DNA from: Octopus sinensis
Taxonomy: Eukaryota
Direction of reading: 5' to 3'
NCBI RefSeq assembly: GCF_006345805.1
Contig: NW_021833032.1
Coordinates: 107,516 to 171,515 of the forward strand
DNA: 64,000 nucleotides
Shown: positions 27,901 through 42,958 of the stretch, in pieces
Layout of the letters: the number at the start of each line of letters is the position of its first letter
Position numbering within the stretch: the first letter of the stretch is position 1
Notes under the pieces: model-generated
What the model was told of the DNA's origin: nothing
Database searches by the model: none
What the model saw: only the letters and a program-made list of their open reading frames with translations
Program-made: the position numbers and the translations under genes

Positions 27901-30900
27901 CATATATATTATATATTATATATTATATATAACGGAGATAGCCCTAGCGAGGTGATTGCGGCTGCGCTGAAGAACAAGGCTACAAGAGGACAGCGGCTCA
28001 GATGGAGCGAAAGAGACGGGAATTCGTGCGCTCATATGCGCTTATACGGTCGCACATTGGCGCACTTGATGCCATCTTTGAGAACGAGCGGGGCAAAGAT
28101 GGCAAGAATGGAGACGATGAAAGAAGTCACCCCCACCTGGTGGACGCCCGGGAGGAGGTTTTGAATGAGAAACCTGCCCGGGAGTGAACCCAGGTGCAAG
28201 TTCTCCAACCGGCAGCAAGGGCCATGGAGACGGAGAACCGGTGAAGAGGTAGAGGGAGGAGGAAGAACTAAAAGAAGGGCTGGAAGAGCTAAAGGAAAAG
28301 CTCAAGCAGGACCAAAGGGTGAAAAAACCAGGAATAGAAGTGGAACCGCAAAAGATGGAAACAAACAGCGCACACGAGTGTGTAGGTTCTACCTGAGAGG
28401 TTCCTGCTGGCATGGAAAGGAAGGTGCAGGCTGCCGCTTTGCACATCGGGGACCCTGCCACAGAGACACGAGGCAGATGGACAAACCATCAACACAAGGA
28501 AGGGATGGACCACGCACCACTTGCCCCAAAGCGGAGGTACGCAGATGTTGTGCGTGCCACACCGCCAACATGATGTTGTCGAAAGGGCAGCTGCTGAGCA
28601 ACAATCTTTTTTGTGCATGGCACAAAAGATTGTACAGCAGCTGACTGGCTTCATCAAACCCAAGCCCGCAGGTGGGACTACCCACTATATATCAGACCAC
28701 CACAGCAAACAGACCCAGGATGGACACCGCCGGCAACAACGTAACACCTCACCTCGATGCTCCTACTGAACATCAGAGGACTGCAAACACTCAGTAACAG
28801 GACAAAAATCCCGTTCCTGAGAGACTTTGTTGCATGCAATCAAGCCTTATGCATAGCACTTACGGAACGCACCTGAAACCGGATATAGCAGATGCGGAGT
28901 TACACATACACAGTATGCTGTACTACGGACCGACAGGAAAGAAAGGAGTCATGGAGGTGTTGCTATGTACATCCGTGAGGACCTCACACCCCAGGTCCTC
29001 TTGTCATACTCAAACTCGGTGTGTGACACACTAATTGTACATATTAGGCAACTTGATGTAGTTGTGTGTGCTACATATCGCCCTCCAGATGCCCCAAGCC
29101 ATGGGGCAAGTTTGAAGACTGCCTTATAAAATAGAAGAAGTTCTAACCACATTAGAACACACATAAGTGTACTTCTTATGGGAGACTTCAATCTGCCCAA
29201 TGTCAGATGGCCCGAGGGCCTTTCTCTCCCAGGAATGACACGATGTGAACGAGGACAGGCGAGGTCCCTCCTGAACCTCATCAACACCCTGTACAGGAGC
29301 AGGTAATACTCCAACCAACCAGGGCAGGTAACACACTGGATCTCTGCTTCACAAATGACATGGATCTCATCCATAATGTGAAAGTGACACCGACACTACT
29401 CTCGGATCACAACATGATAGAGCTGACCATGTACGGGCCAAAAGAGAGCACGGACATGCAGCCTACAAGAAACCCTCAGAATCTTTCCAGCTTGAACTAC
29501 CATAAGGCAAACTGGAAACAAATTGAGAAATAGATCCTCAAACAAAACTGGCCTAAATGTCTCTCCTCGCCAGACATCGACGTGAAACTTCAACAATTCA
29601 TGTCTGTAATGCAAGCCATATGCTACAATGTGTCCCAGAGAGAAAGGCCACTGTACCAGAACAAATCCCCAGAGAGAGGAAAATTTAATGAGACGGCGTA
29701 CAAAATTTTCAAATCGCCTAAACAAACAGATGAAAGCAGTGAAAAGTCCCGCCTAAAAATAAAACTGTTGGAAATCGAAAAATGTCTGCAACTCTCTCAT
29801 GAAAAAGAAAGAGCAGACAAGGAAGCCTGGGCTATAGACAACATAAAATCTAACCCCAGAGCTTTCTACAGGTATGCCAAAGAAACAGCTACGGTGCACT
29901 GTAGAATAGGGCCACTCCTCGAAAGGATGGCACACTTACAGGAAAACCAATGAGGGTAAGTGAAATACTGAATGAGCAATTCAAGAGTGTTTTCACTCCA
30001 CCCCTTGGGCATCTCCAAATCACCAATCCAACTGACTTTTTTTACCACTGCAGATATAAAATCAGAGGCGGCGACGATAGATTACATCGATATAAAGGAA
30101 GACGATGTAATCAAGGCTATAGATGAAATGAAAACAGACTCAGCTACTGGCCCCGATGGATTCCCGGCAATCCTCCTAAAAGCATGTAAGAGAGTCCTAG
30201 CAATACCAATGCAGTTCCTCTTTCAGAGCTTCCTTGCAGCTGGCAAACTTCCAAGAAAACTGAAGGAAGGTAAAATATGCCCCATTCATAAAGTAGGTAG
30301 CAGAGCGGAAGCCAAGAACTATAGACCTATCTCTCTGACCTCACACATCAGCAAGGTCATGGAACGAATAGTCAGAAGGAAGCTGATCACCTTCCTTGAA
30401 GAGAATGACTTGCTGCCCGACACCCAACATGGTTTCCGACCAGGGAGAAGCTGTTTAACTCAGCTCCTACAACACTATGACTGGGTGCTGAAACGGCTGC
30501 TCAACCACTCAAATGTGGAAGTGATATATCTCGACTTTGCAAAAGCCTTTGATAAAGTCGATCATGGAATGATATGTCACAAACTGCGTGATCTCAACAT
30601 AGTTGGAAAACTGGGAGAATGGCTTCATGACTTCCTGAAAGATAGAAGTCAGGTGGTAGTGGCCAATGGGGCCACTTCCATTAACACGCAAATAGTGAGC
30701 GGTGTTCCGCAGGGCACTGTTCTGGGACCACTACTGTTCATAATGGCCCCTCAGCCACGCAGAGAGCCACGATCACAAGTTATGCAGATGATACAAATGT
30801 TTTACAGCCAATACAGAACCCTGAGGACACTAAACACCTGCAATGTGAGCTAGACAAAATATACAAGTGGGCCGAAAAGAATAGCATGCAGTTCAATGCT

Positions 30901-33900
30901 GAAAAGTTTCAAGCTCTATACTATCAGCATGCAAAACTAAATGCAATACCCAATGAATACACTGGACCCGGAGGAATAGCAATCCCAGAGGCACAATCAG
31001 TGCGTGACCTAGGTATTTACATGAGTGATGACGCGACCTTTCGTGTACATGTTGCTAAATTGGCAATGAAATGTAGACGACTGGCCGGATGGATCCTCAG
31101 AACCTTTAGAACAAGAGAGCAAGAAACCATGATGGTCCTCTGGAGACACTTGTCCTAAGCCACTTTGACTACTGCTCTCAGTTATGGTCACCATCCAGTG
31201 TCAAGTTGATCACAGAGCTCGAGGCGATCCAACGTAGCTACACGAAGAAGATAGCCTCTATGCAGACTGTAAGCTACTGGGAAAGACTCAAGAGATTAAA
31301 ACTATATTCCCTGGAGCGTAGGCGGGAAAGATATGCCATAATATACATCTGGAAGATCCTGGAGGGACGTGTCCTGAACTTTGGCATCGAGAGTTACGCA
31401 AATGCCAGAACTGGGCGCCACTGCGTGGTGCCTAGGACTCCAAACTTGCCATCAAGATGTAGGACAAGATTCTGTGATAGCCTGGGCTTCCGAGGCCCAC
31501 AGCTCTTCAATATCCTCCCGAAGAACCTGAGAGACCTGCATGGGGTGGATGCAGATGTCTTTAAAATGAAGCTGGATCTCTTCCTGTCAGGTGTCCCAGA
31601 TGAACCAACTTCACGGTAGGAGGGGCAGATGAGGGCAGCTGCATCGAACTCTCTCATGCACCAAATGGCAGTTGCTAGAAAGCTTTCGTGAAGTGAAACC
31701 AAGTAGCAACACCAAATGGCGGTGCCCCAGCATGGCCACAGCTCATAAGCTGAAACTAGAATCAATCAATCAATCAATCATAGATAGATATATTATATAT
31801 ATATATATATATATAATATTTAACCATTTTATTTATTTTTCCGTGTTAATTGTTAACAAGGTAAAATACATTCATCTATCTATATATATATATATAAACT
31901 AAATAAGGGTAGAAATTGATATTAATAAATTAAAATCAGTGTCTTAGCATATTTTTAAAAAAATCCGAAGATTAAATTGTTTTACATACAAAATTTAGGG
32001 GACTGAACTCTAAAAGTGGACAGCCTATATGCTAAACATGGACGTCAAATCGCCATTACCAGGAAGAATGTGTTCTCAAGGAAAATCTCAGCAAAAAACC
32101 AGCATGTAAAAATAAGCAAGACAAATGAAAATATACGAAATAAAAAGCGATTACCTATGCACCGTTGGTTTCACTTCTCAATATTTTTCGTATATGGACA
32201 CGCAAACATCTGCAAGATCATCAGCATAGTTTGTCGTTTACAAAACAATTTCCAGAACTAGATACAGAATGCTCAACCGGAATCCAACATGTATAAACAT
32301 CTACAAAATTATATTGAGGTGTACCTTTCAAATGCCTTCACTTTGCCGTTCTCTGAGATTTTTCTTGAGAAAACATTCTTCATGGTAATGGCGATTTGAC
32401 GTCTATGTTTAGCATTTAGACTGTCCACTTTTAGTGGTCAGTCCTCTAAATTTTGTATGCAAAACAATTTTTAATCTTCGGATTTTTTGAAAATACGCTA
32501 AGCCACTGGTTTTAATTAATATCAATGTCTGCCATTATTTAGTTTTAAATATAAAAATGTTCTCTAACCAGTAAATTGACAGCTGTAGTTTATTAACTGC
32601 AGAGTAGTTTCCGATCTCAGCGCGCCAAAGTGAAGGCATTTGAAAGATGGTAAATACTGCAGTGAATATGCTTCTGATAGAATACCCATGTATACTTGAG
32701 AATAGACGTTTGCAATAAATCGTACGTCATAAATTGTATTTCAAATAGATCGTTACCTGTTAAAATGCATGTTATTAATATCTACACCGCATACATCCAG
32801 GAATAAAAATACACACACATATACAACAACAATAACAACACACATCCATATGTGTGTATGCATGTATATCCTGATCTGTAATACAGCCATATACCCTAAA
32901 TGGAGTAATGGCCTAGGCGCTTATAATGACGTCAGTAGGTAATAAGTTACTGTTAGAATCTCTCCCGAAGTAGATAAATTATTATCTGACACACATCAGA
33001 TCCTATACATTAGAATTCATTTTTGGTAAATAAAAGTTTGTCTAGGCAAGCAGTACCAGAAAACTGTGGAATTTAGAGTCATAAAATTTTAATCTATTGA
33101 AATAATGTGGTAGACATTGTTGAAACGAATTATATTGTTTTAATCGCTTTTTAATATCCTATTTCAGATTACGAGGGCAGAAAGAGATATTTAGTATTAA
33201 TTGCTTAGTACCAGATGATGTCACTAAAGATGAAGTTTTGAAACAAATTTTTGAAATTTTTAACACATCACAGACATTACATAATTTGAAAATTCAGATA
33301 GAATTGATTGGTGAAAGTAAGTAGTACTTTTCTCGCCATTTTTATAGCCATCACAATCACCATCATCGCCATTGTCATCTACGACGACGTCGTCGTTGTC
33401 ATCAGCATCATGATAAGAAGGTAATACTATTGAGGATACTCACAAACACACTAATACAACAAATACACATACAGAAAAAACACACACAACGCCCACAAAC
33501 ACACACATTTTCACCCTTTTTCTCAAGTCAATAATGTGTTTCGTAATTTTATTTCTAATGTTCTTTTCTCCTTCCCACTGTCAGCTGAATCTCTTTACTC
33601 ATTTTAGTTGGATTAATTGCAATTTCTACAGAGGTACTTGTTTACTACCTATTCTGTGTCTAAGTCTTTTGGAGTCAAAGTAGGACAATACTGTACTACT
33701 GCCGCTTGTGAAACAAGGAACACACTATTCACAGCTGTCCTCTTGTCGCAAGAAAAGAAAGTGACTGGTTTTAGTTTCCTAATGTCATGTTAATTCATAA
33801 GAATTCTAGAGTTACTTTATCGCTTAATAAAGAGGACGATCAGTTCCCTTGAACCTTCACAGGATCTTCGAGGATGATGAGACAGCAGATGCGAAGTATC

Positions 33901-36900
33901 ACAAAACTGGAGACATGTTCTAAATAAGAAAATTCTCCTCCACTAATGGAATCAAAACTGTCAGGTGGGGGCCATTAAACCAGGTGACGGATTAATCCTT
34001 TCAGCCTAGATGGTCATGCTGAAATTTGAAATCAGAAAGTGAAATGTTGGAAGTAGAAACGCAAAGTACCCGGTTACGCCAATACCCCACGCTGACTCGT
34101 AATTTCTTTACAGAACTGGAAATGAGGAAAGCAAAATTTGAAATCATTGCTCAGAATCGGAAGAAATACCATGAAGTAGTTTCGCCTGACGTACTTTACA
34201 ACTCTGCCGATTCATTGCCTACAGACTGTACGGGGCATTTCTGGTTTTAATTGCAAGTTAGTAGCAATCACCGCTAGATGTCTATTCATGTTTTGTTTTT
34301 CAAACGAAGAATAATTCTAAATATCAATAATTTATTTTCCATAATATTTTGTTATTTAATATAAGGGTTTTTAAATTTTGTCCTCCGAATTCATGGCTGT
34401 TGTCATCATCAGATTCTTCTCTTCAAACATTGTAAATTAATAATCTACCTATTCAATGTTAAGAGAATGCGATCGATTCAGTGTCTAGAGCATCGGGCTC
34501 ACAATAATTGTATACTGAGTTCGATTCTGAGACGACGGCGGATGTTGTGTTCTTGAGCAAAGCAATTTATTGGACATTGACTCAGTTCTTTCTGCTGTAT
34601 AGATGAATCGCGATGTCATTGTTGTCAAGTTGTATCGGCCTATGCCATTCCCTTGGAAAGCATTCGTGACGTGGAAAGTGGAGGCTGGTATGAATAGGCG
34701 ACAACTGGCCTTCCACAAACAACATGCCCATCCTTGTACTTCGGAGGGCAATTTTCTCTACATAGTTTATTCATTGTTAATACTTCTTGGCAAATCTAAA
34801 CGTAAAGTTGTGATTGTTGTTAATATTCGTCATCGTCATCCTTTCTTTAGATGGTGTGTCTCTGTAATACAGGTGAATCACTAGTTCAAGGAGTCATATT
34901 GATGAACCTAACAGACTTCAAGCATGAAGCATGCAGAACAGCAAGGGTCTAAGCTATGACATATCTTTTCATTCTTTATAAATTCCTCCAGAGTTGCCAC
35001 CCATGTCACGTCATTAAACATTTATACATGGCTATGAAACAAGCAAACAGCGCCGTACAAAATCATCTATTACATTAGTATGAAAGTTGTTGGACAAGTC
35101 ATTTTTGCAAGTAATTGAAGCCGATCTAATGCAAACTGCCCGTCAACTTGCGGTACAGTTTGTCGTCTCCCATGTCACGATCATCAACCACCTTCATCGT
35201 CTTGGAAAGAACAGCAGGCTTGGGAAATGGGTGCCGCATGAATTGACTGAAGCGAACAAACAAGCACGTGTCACTGCATGTCAAAGTCTGTTCTGGCGAA
35301 GCCGAAGATTCGATTGGTTGGAGTCAGTAATCAATATGGATGAGAAGTGGGCACTGTACTCCAACGTGAGGCGCAGATAATCTTGGTGTAGCAAAGGTCA
35401 ACAGCCAAAACCTTCACCAAAAGGACCCCTTCTTTAAAAGAAGGTTCCGTTTGGTGGGATTGCCGTGGAATGATCATGTTGGATCTCCTTCCACGCAAAA
35501 CCACCGTTTGGAAGGATGTCTACTAAGAACAAATCGACCGTCTAAATATCGCGCTGGCCGAAAAACGCTCAAATTTGAAGAAGATAATTTACCACCAAGA
35601 CAACGCGCCAGCACATCGTGCAAAGAAGACGTCGGAGAAGCTTAAGGAGGCGGTCTGGGAGATTATGGTACACGAACCTTAACCTTTCTGACTACCACTT
35701 ATTCTCTGCCTTGCAACGCGATACAGAGTTAGAAAACGAAAAGGATATGAAATCTTTACTTTACGTTTTTATTGATTGAAAGCCACGCGATTTCTGGATG
35801 AAAGGATTCAAAACTTTACCTGAAAGATGGCAAAAGTTGATGGATAACGAAGGTGATTACCATTTGGATTGATTGTTCTTTATTGCTTTTTTAATTGTTA
35901 ATAAAGTGATGTGTTAAAAGTGTCCAAGAACTTTCTTGCCAAACTAATAGAATGTGCAGGAACACGCTGACATATATCTGAAATGAAGTAAAAGCAGTCT
36001 CTGCTTGGCTGAAAAATTTATACCTTCCTATGTTTTCATAAGCTCAAAAAGCGAAATGTTTGGAAGATGCCCCCAGAATCAAAAGTTCATTTGGCAACAT
36101 GGTCCAGTATATTTCTGAACTAGAGAGTAATCGACACCCATAAGAATGTTTCAAGTTCGCACTAAGTGAAGACCAATTCAAGGGAAACACATCTACACAC
36201 TGCTGAATAATGATATAATGCCTTTCACTGTACATCGTTTCGTTTTTTATCAATAAATTTTACCACTGATGTCAGTTGACCAGTCATTGGCATTGCTTGT
36301 AATATTGCTCGACAATGTATAAAAATATAAACACATACGTATAGATATATGTGTATATAAACGTATGTATATATGTATATATTTGTGTTGAACAGAGTAT
36401 CGTATGAGAGTCGAAATAGAAGAGCTCCGTTTAAGAGCAATGAAAGAATATTTGAAAGATTCGAACTCTAACACAAAATTGAACTTCACACAGTGAAAGA
36501 AACGCAGTGAACAATATTAAAACATAGATTCTGAAGAAACAAACGCTGACACAGAATTGAACTACGCACGGTGAAAAGTAATATACACACAGTGAAAAAT
36601 ATATGAAAAACGATTCTGAAGAAACAATGTCAACACAGAAGTGAACTACACTCAGTCAATAATAATATGTCCGAATAATAATCCGAAGGATTGATAAATC
36701 AGTTCGCTATGTGTTAGTTGCACTACAAGTAATAATATCGACTTGGTACTACCTGCGGAATTTTGAAAAAAGATAATAATAATTGCCGATAGGGGTATAT
36801 CGGAGAAAACCAGAATATAATTAATTGCTCTGTGATAAGGAAATGATAAAAGATTTTGTTGTTCTGTGTAATACATAGATTTGAAAATAATAATTATTAT

Positions 36901-37504
36901 TATTCCCGATAGGTGTATATCGGAGGAATCTATGTAATTAATGCTTTCTCTGTGATAAGAAAATGAAAGAAAACAATTTTTGGTGAATTGCCGATATGTG
37001 TGTATCGGAATGCTGTGTAAATTTTGAAAAAAAATATATGGTTCTGTGGAACAAAAAATAATTCTGGTTAGAAAAAAAAAATGAAACAGAATTAACGACA
37101 TATTTATAGTAATACCAGATTTCAAACGTAAGCATATATCCATCTGCCGAATCAGTTGCTAAGAAAGTTAGAATGGACAAATAAAACCCAAGCCGTTTTG
37201 TGATTGAGGATATTAAACAAGTGCTCTTTGAAAGGACTCCGGATGAAATGGAAGTGACTAGTGAAGAACACGTTGTAGAAAATTCTGTAATTAGAGAATC
37301 TGAGCCATCTGTTACAGGAAAAGGTCCTTCTACTGAAAATGCTTCGCCGGGGAATCATTGTAGTACAAACACTTTATTTTAAAGATAGTGAAAGTTTGCA
37401 GGTAACCGATACAGTTTCTGCCGAGAAAAGTGTAGCGAAAGGGAAAGATGTAGAAATGAACTATACATGTATAATAATAGTGTAAATTTTGAACACACAC
37501 ATGC

Positions 37505-37549
<45 letters not shown>

Positions 37550-38755
37550 ATTCTGATTAGAAGAAATAGAAACAAACCTCAAAGTGGGAGGTGTTGTGAT
37601 GGACGCCTCCAGGTGCGAAGTAGGTTGCTCCACTACTAAGAAATAATGGACTAACACAGTCAGCAGTTTCAGGCAGCGAGGACGCTGTTCCGGCTGGTCT
37701 CACAGACGACGAAGTATATCGTGATGAGGTGGGACGAATTAGTGTCGAGTAGGACACAACAATATAGAAGGTACGGAAGGTATTTGAAAAGAGTTTTATA
37801 GATTACAAAGAAACGCTGAGACAACCCAAATCACAATATCTTCTGATGACACTTAAAATTTGTTCAAAAGTCTTTTGGATCTGATTAAATGATTTTGTTT
37901 TCTTTTTTTTTTATGACATGAATTTAACTCTCCTTATGACGTAAGATTTGTATCTGATGTCTTCATGCACAAAATTTCTGATTGTTGGTTTTTTTTTTCT
38001 GATTCGAAACTTTTTGTAATTGACTTCATTGATTTTCCTCGCTTGTCTTCAACGCTTTGCTTAAGCACCTGAATACATTCAGGCGTGCTGCTAGAATCAG
38101 ATTCCTTGAAATGTTTTGTACGTTTTGACACAGGTAATACGCTTCTATCTTCTTTCTCTAACTCACACCTAATCTTATGGAAAGAAGATCTTGCAAATTT
38201 CAGAAAACGAGAAATTTCTAAGCTGGTTGTGCGTGAACATGGGAGAGAGCAGAGGTTACCAGAGCAAAAGACCTACATGTTGACTGTAGACACGCTCCTT
38301 CGCAAACGATCAGCTATTATTTTGTAAACAATGTTTCGAAACTGTTCATGTTTTCGAGAGGAGAGATCTGACTCTCACATACCTGTGGGAGAAGGTAGGC
38401 CTCTCTGTTCCACTCATGTCTGGGTGCCAAATTTGCATATTGTAAACAATGTTTTGAAACTCTATATTTTCGAAAGGAGAGATCTGACTCTTTTCAACCA
38501 TAACGTCTACCACTTTTGATGTATTTTGTACAAATTTGTTGCCATCATTACTTAGGACTCATGCGATCTTTGAATGCTTTAAGTTCTCCAACCCCCCCCC
38601 CAAAAAAAAAAAACAATCGATGAGTGGAAACAATCGATAAACCGATTCCTTATGGGATTTCCTAATCAAATTGTCTGCAAAATTTCAGCCAAAAGTTTAC
38701 CAATTTTAACGGATTTCACTCAAATTTGACGTCGATGTTACTTAGTTTACTACTA

Positions 38756-38787
<32 letters not shown>

Positions 38788-38833
38788 ACTACTACTACTA
38801 CTACTACTACTGCTACTACTACTGCTGCTGCTG

Positions 38834-38868
<35 letters not shown>

Positions 38869-38896
38869 GCTACTACTACTACTACTACTACTGCCG

Positions 38897-38931
<35 letters not shown>

Positions 38932-38959
38932 GATGTTGTTACTACTACTGCTACTACTA

Positions 38960-38994
<35 letters not shown>

Positions 38995-39061
38995 ACAACT
39001 ACCACTACTACTACTACTATTACTACTACTACTGATGTTGTTACTACTACTGCTACTACTA

Positions 39062-39096
<35 letters not shown>

Positions 39097-42000
39097 CCTG
39101 CTGCTGCTGCTGCTGCAGCTGTTGCTGCTGCTTCTACTACTACTGGATAGAGTAGTAGTACTATATAGATTAGTACAGTTACTTGCCCAGCCACCATTAT
39201 CAATATCCATGTATTTCCAGGATATAATCCACACCAATGAATTCTCTGAGATATATCTCATACAAATGTTTTATTTCTTTTTCAGTGTTTTGTAATGAAA
39301 GCACAACCTCAACAAGCAATGGTACTTTCTATTGGCCAATGACAAAAATAGGAACTGATGTGACGATCCCATGTCATGCAAATGTAGCAACGAGACACTG
39401 GTTCGTTTCTATTGTTTTACGTCTTCTCAAATTTGAAGTTTTCATTGTCATCGAAGTGTAAGAGAATGTTACATTGTATCTTATGATAATTCTGCCTGTC
39501 ACTACGTTACTTAGCCCCATCGGTAACGCCATCACGTGATTAGAGATAAAGAGTGAGAAAGAAAAGATAGGGAGAGTAAAAAGTGAAAACAAAAGACAGC
39601 GATCGAAAAAAGAGAGAAAAAGAGAGAGCATCTTGCATGACGTGTGGCAGAGGGAAAGTAATTGTAAGGCTTTCATGTGATTAGTTTAATGGAAAGAGAG
39701 AAGAGGAGAGATAAAGAAAAAAGTGGATAAGGTTGAGATTGAGACAGAAATAAGGAGAAAGTAAAAGAAGGGGAAAGAAGTGTCCATGACGTATGATAGA
39801 GCGAACCTAATATTTGTTACGTAGTTTATAAAAGTTAGTTGAAGGTAGTGGAGAATTGAAAATATGTCAGCGGAGCGGTGATGTTCTGATGGTGAGATTA
39901 AAGACAGTCAAAGAGAGGGGGAAGGAGATGAGGGAGAGGGGAGAAGAGAGGATGGAGAGATACTCATGGTGGTGGTGGATTTGGCTGTGGGAGTGAATAG
40001 TGAAAATGTTTCTTTTTATTTGAAATAAGTATTTTATATCACCTGTCACCGTGAAATAGTCACCCTTATTTTATTGGAAGATACATGCAATTTAACTAAT
40101 ATGTACGGGATATCATTTTTCATTTGTTTATGGGGGAAACGGGAAAATAAGAGTGAATATTTATTTTATGAGTGTTGTGTATTGAGTGTATAAAATTGTG
40201 AATAAATTATATAAAATATGTATCTATAAAGTGTATTTCAATGAATAGCAGAATATCATTTGATACAAGCGAAGGCTAATCTTTCAGGATATTTCGATTA
40301 AGTTTTCAAAAATAACCATTACGTTTACCGTTAATTCCGTGAACTATTCAGTCTATAATATAAATTGGACATGGGCGATCGTTGTATTCTGTCTTGTCTT
40401 GAGGTTCACAGCTAAACGGTTGGGTGATTCGCGTGAAAAATGGCACACATGTGAAGACGGATGCATAGATTGGAATGTGGTTTGTATTTTCCTAGACCCC
40501 CCTTAGTTACCGAGAAAAACGATTAAACCCTTTTCTAATGGAATCCCCCCCACCCGCCATTAAAACAACCAGTCGCTCACACAGACGGCATATACCATTT
40601 CGCTAGCAACAAGGGGAGTACAGGATGACAGCCAGCCAAAGCCGTACATACAAACATACATAATACATATATACATACATAACCTCTCTCTCCCTTACTC
40701 TGTCCGTTACGCACACATTAACTCACTACAAAAAGTGAAAAACAAAATTGCAGTTAACTCTCTCTCTCGGCCATATATAGATACATACATCTATGTATAC
40801 ATACATACATACATACATGCATGCATAACAACCTGCGTGCGTGTGTGTGTGTGTGTCACTGAAGCCATTCATACATACATAACGTTTCTCTCTCTCGCTC
40901 GCTTTTTCTCTGTCAATCACTCACACATTCACTCACTACAAAAAATAAATAAAAATTCAGTTAACTCTCTCTTTCACACACACACATACATACACACCGG
41001 CAACGTTACTCTCTCCGTTTCTTCACACACACTAACAAAAGGAATTCTATCTCGCACAGTACATCAAGCACACACACACTCTTTCTCGCATACACGCACG
41101 TACACACGCTCAGCAATTCTTCCGCTTCACGCCAACTTCAAAAGAACTTCACTCATATATTCACGCTCTCTGTTATTTTCGATTTCACGCCGACTTTAAA
41201 AGATCCTCTATCCACCTAACCCCATATTAAAACAATAAATATTTTTTATGGAGACCGACGATCCTCTTCAAAAATGTAAATAAACAGACGTGCTTTCGAA
41301 AGATCACCCAATGATTAGACAATAGAATAGCTCTCAGAAACTGACTACGTTCAAATTCGTTCTTCCCAACTCCTGAAGCTGTTTTTAGACAGGGGAGGGG
41401 ATATTCATACATCTGGAGGTTCCAATCGAAACAGGGGACCCGAAATGCTAAGGTTGAGAAAGGCCGTTATAGATTATGCCGAACGGAAAACGATCACAGC
41501 CACATCATCCAAACAGGCCGGGCGGGCTTAGCTGCTAGTAGTATATAAAACACTTAGAGAGATTAAGATAAAACTTATCCATTAGTTCAAATCATTTAAC
41601 ACTGATATTTTACATTTTCCACAATGACATTTTTTGTAAAGATTCCTGTAAGTGCCAGAATGTTAAAAAAAGTTGCGAAGAAAACATAGATCTAGACTCA
41701 GCCAATAGCATTTATCACTAATTCTATTGATTTCAGAGTAACGTTATTTATTCAATTGGTTATTATATGATGGTAAGCGAAGAAAGCTGGTCATTGTGGG
41801 ACCTGTCGCATCATATTTATCATTTTTTTCGTATCCTCCACGTTATTCCACGTGCTAAGCATCTAAAGTGTTATTGCTGGGGTCTGAGTTTTATAAGTTT
41901 AAGACAAAGATGGAAGTTGTCAAATCTGTTCATGTAGAAGATATACGTAAATCTACTATGGATGATGATGACGACGAAATATAAATAGGTGATTTCACCA

Positions 42001-42918
42001 CTCACTTAAGACTAGCAGCATCTTGCCTTAGTACTTCATTCACCATATTAGTCCATCCTAACTTGAATTTTAAAAGTCGCAACAAAATATAACGAATAAA
42101 AGCAGATTTGGCAATATTTTTTAAATCTAACTTTTAGTAAGAAGATATTTTACATTGGTTTTGATGATGAAATGGTGGAGTAAATAATAGATTACTGACA
42201 AAATACATCACAGTATTTAACTTTGTTTCACTAGATTATGAGTTCAAATCACGATAAGGTCAATGTTTTTCTCACTCGATGAAATATACATGCTTATTTA
42301 TATAACGGACAATATTTGATATTTATCTTTCAGTTCCTCCGGAAATGTGGCACAACTAGAAATGCCAACAAATCAGTATGGCACATCACGAAAATGTTCA
42401 CCATTCACTGGCGTCTGGCAAAAACCAGACATGTCTCAATGTTACAATACAGAGAGGATCACCCAACAACTAAAGAACATCACAATCGTAGACATCGGTA
42501 AAGGTGAGTGTTTGGAAATGCTCTTAACGTAGTATTAGTAAATGTGAGGGCGCGTGGCTTAGTGGTTAGGGCATTCGGCTCATGATCGTAAGGTTGTGAG
42601 TTCGATTCCCGGCGACGCGTTGTGTCCTTGAGCAAGACACTTTATTTCACGTTGCTCCAGTCCACTCAGCTGGCAAAAATGAGTTGTACTTGTATTTCAA
42701 AGGGTCAGCCTTGTCACTCTCTGTGTCACGTTGATTATCCCCGAGAACTACGTTAAGGGTACACGTGTCTGTGGAATGCTCAGCCATTTGCACGTTAATT
42801 TCACGAGCAAGCTGTTCCGTTGATCGTATCAGCTGGGACCCTCGTCGTCGTAACCGGCGGAGTCTTTAAGTATTAGTAATAACAGTAACAGCAGTAACAG
42901 GAGGGGTATATATATATA

Positions 42919-42958
<40 letters not shown>

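Noticed and set aside
36490-37100. Short diverged tandem duplications (~90-125 bp)
   Set aside because: Low copy, degenerate and without recognisable motifs. Ordinary intronic turnover.
38716-39295. Poly-Ser, poly-Leu and poly-Val ORFs (also 44415-44784 and 59586-60042)
   Set aside because: Trinucleotide repeat read-through, with no splice or domain support.
40600-41535. Possible non-autonomous Helitron ending in ...gctgCTAGT
   Set aside because: No convincing subterminal hairpin or defined 5' TC end, and only a single copy in the window.
42545-42615. tRNA-like cloverleaf heads (also 52400-52470 and 15830-15865)
   Set aside because: They continue into SINE bodies, so they are SINE heads rather than tRNA genes.
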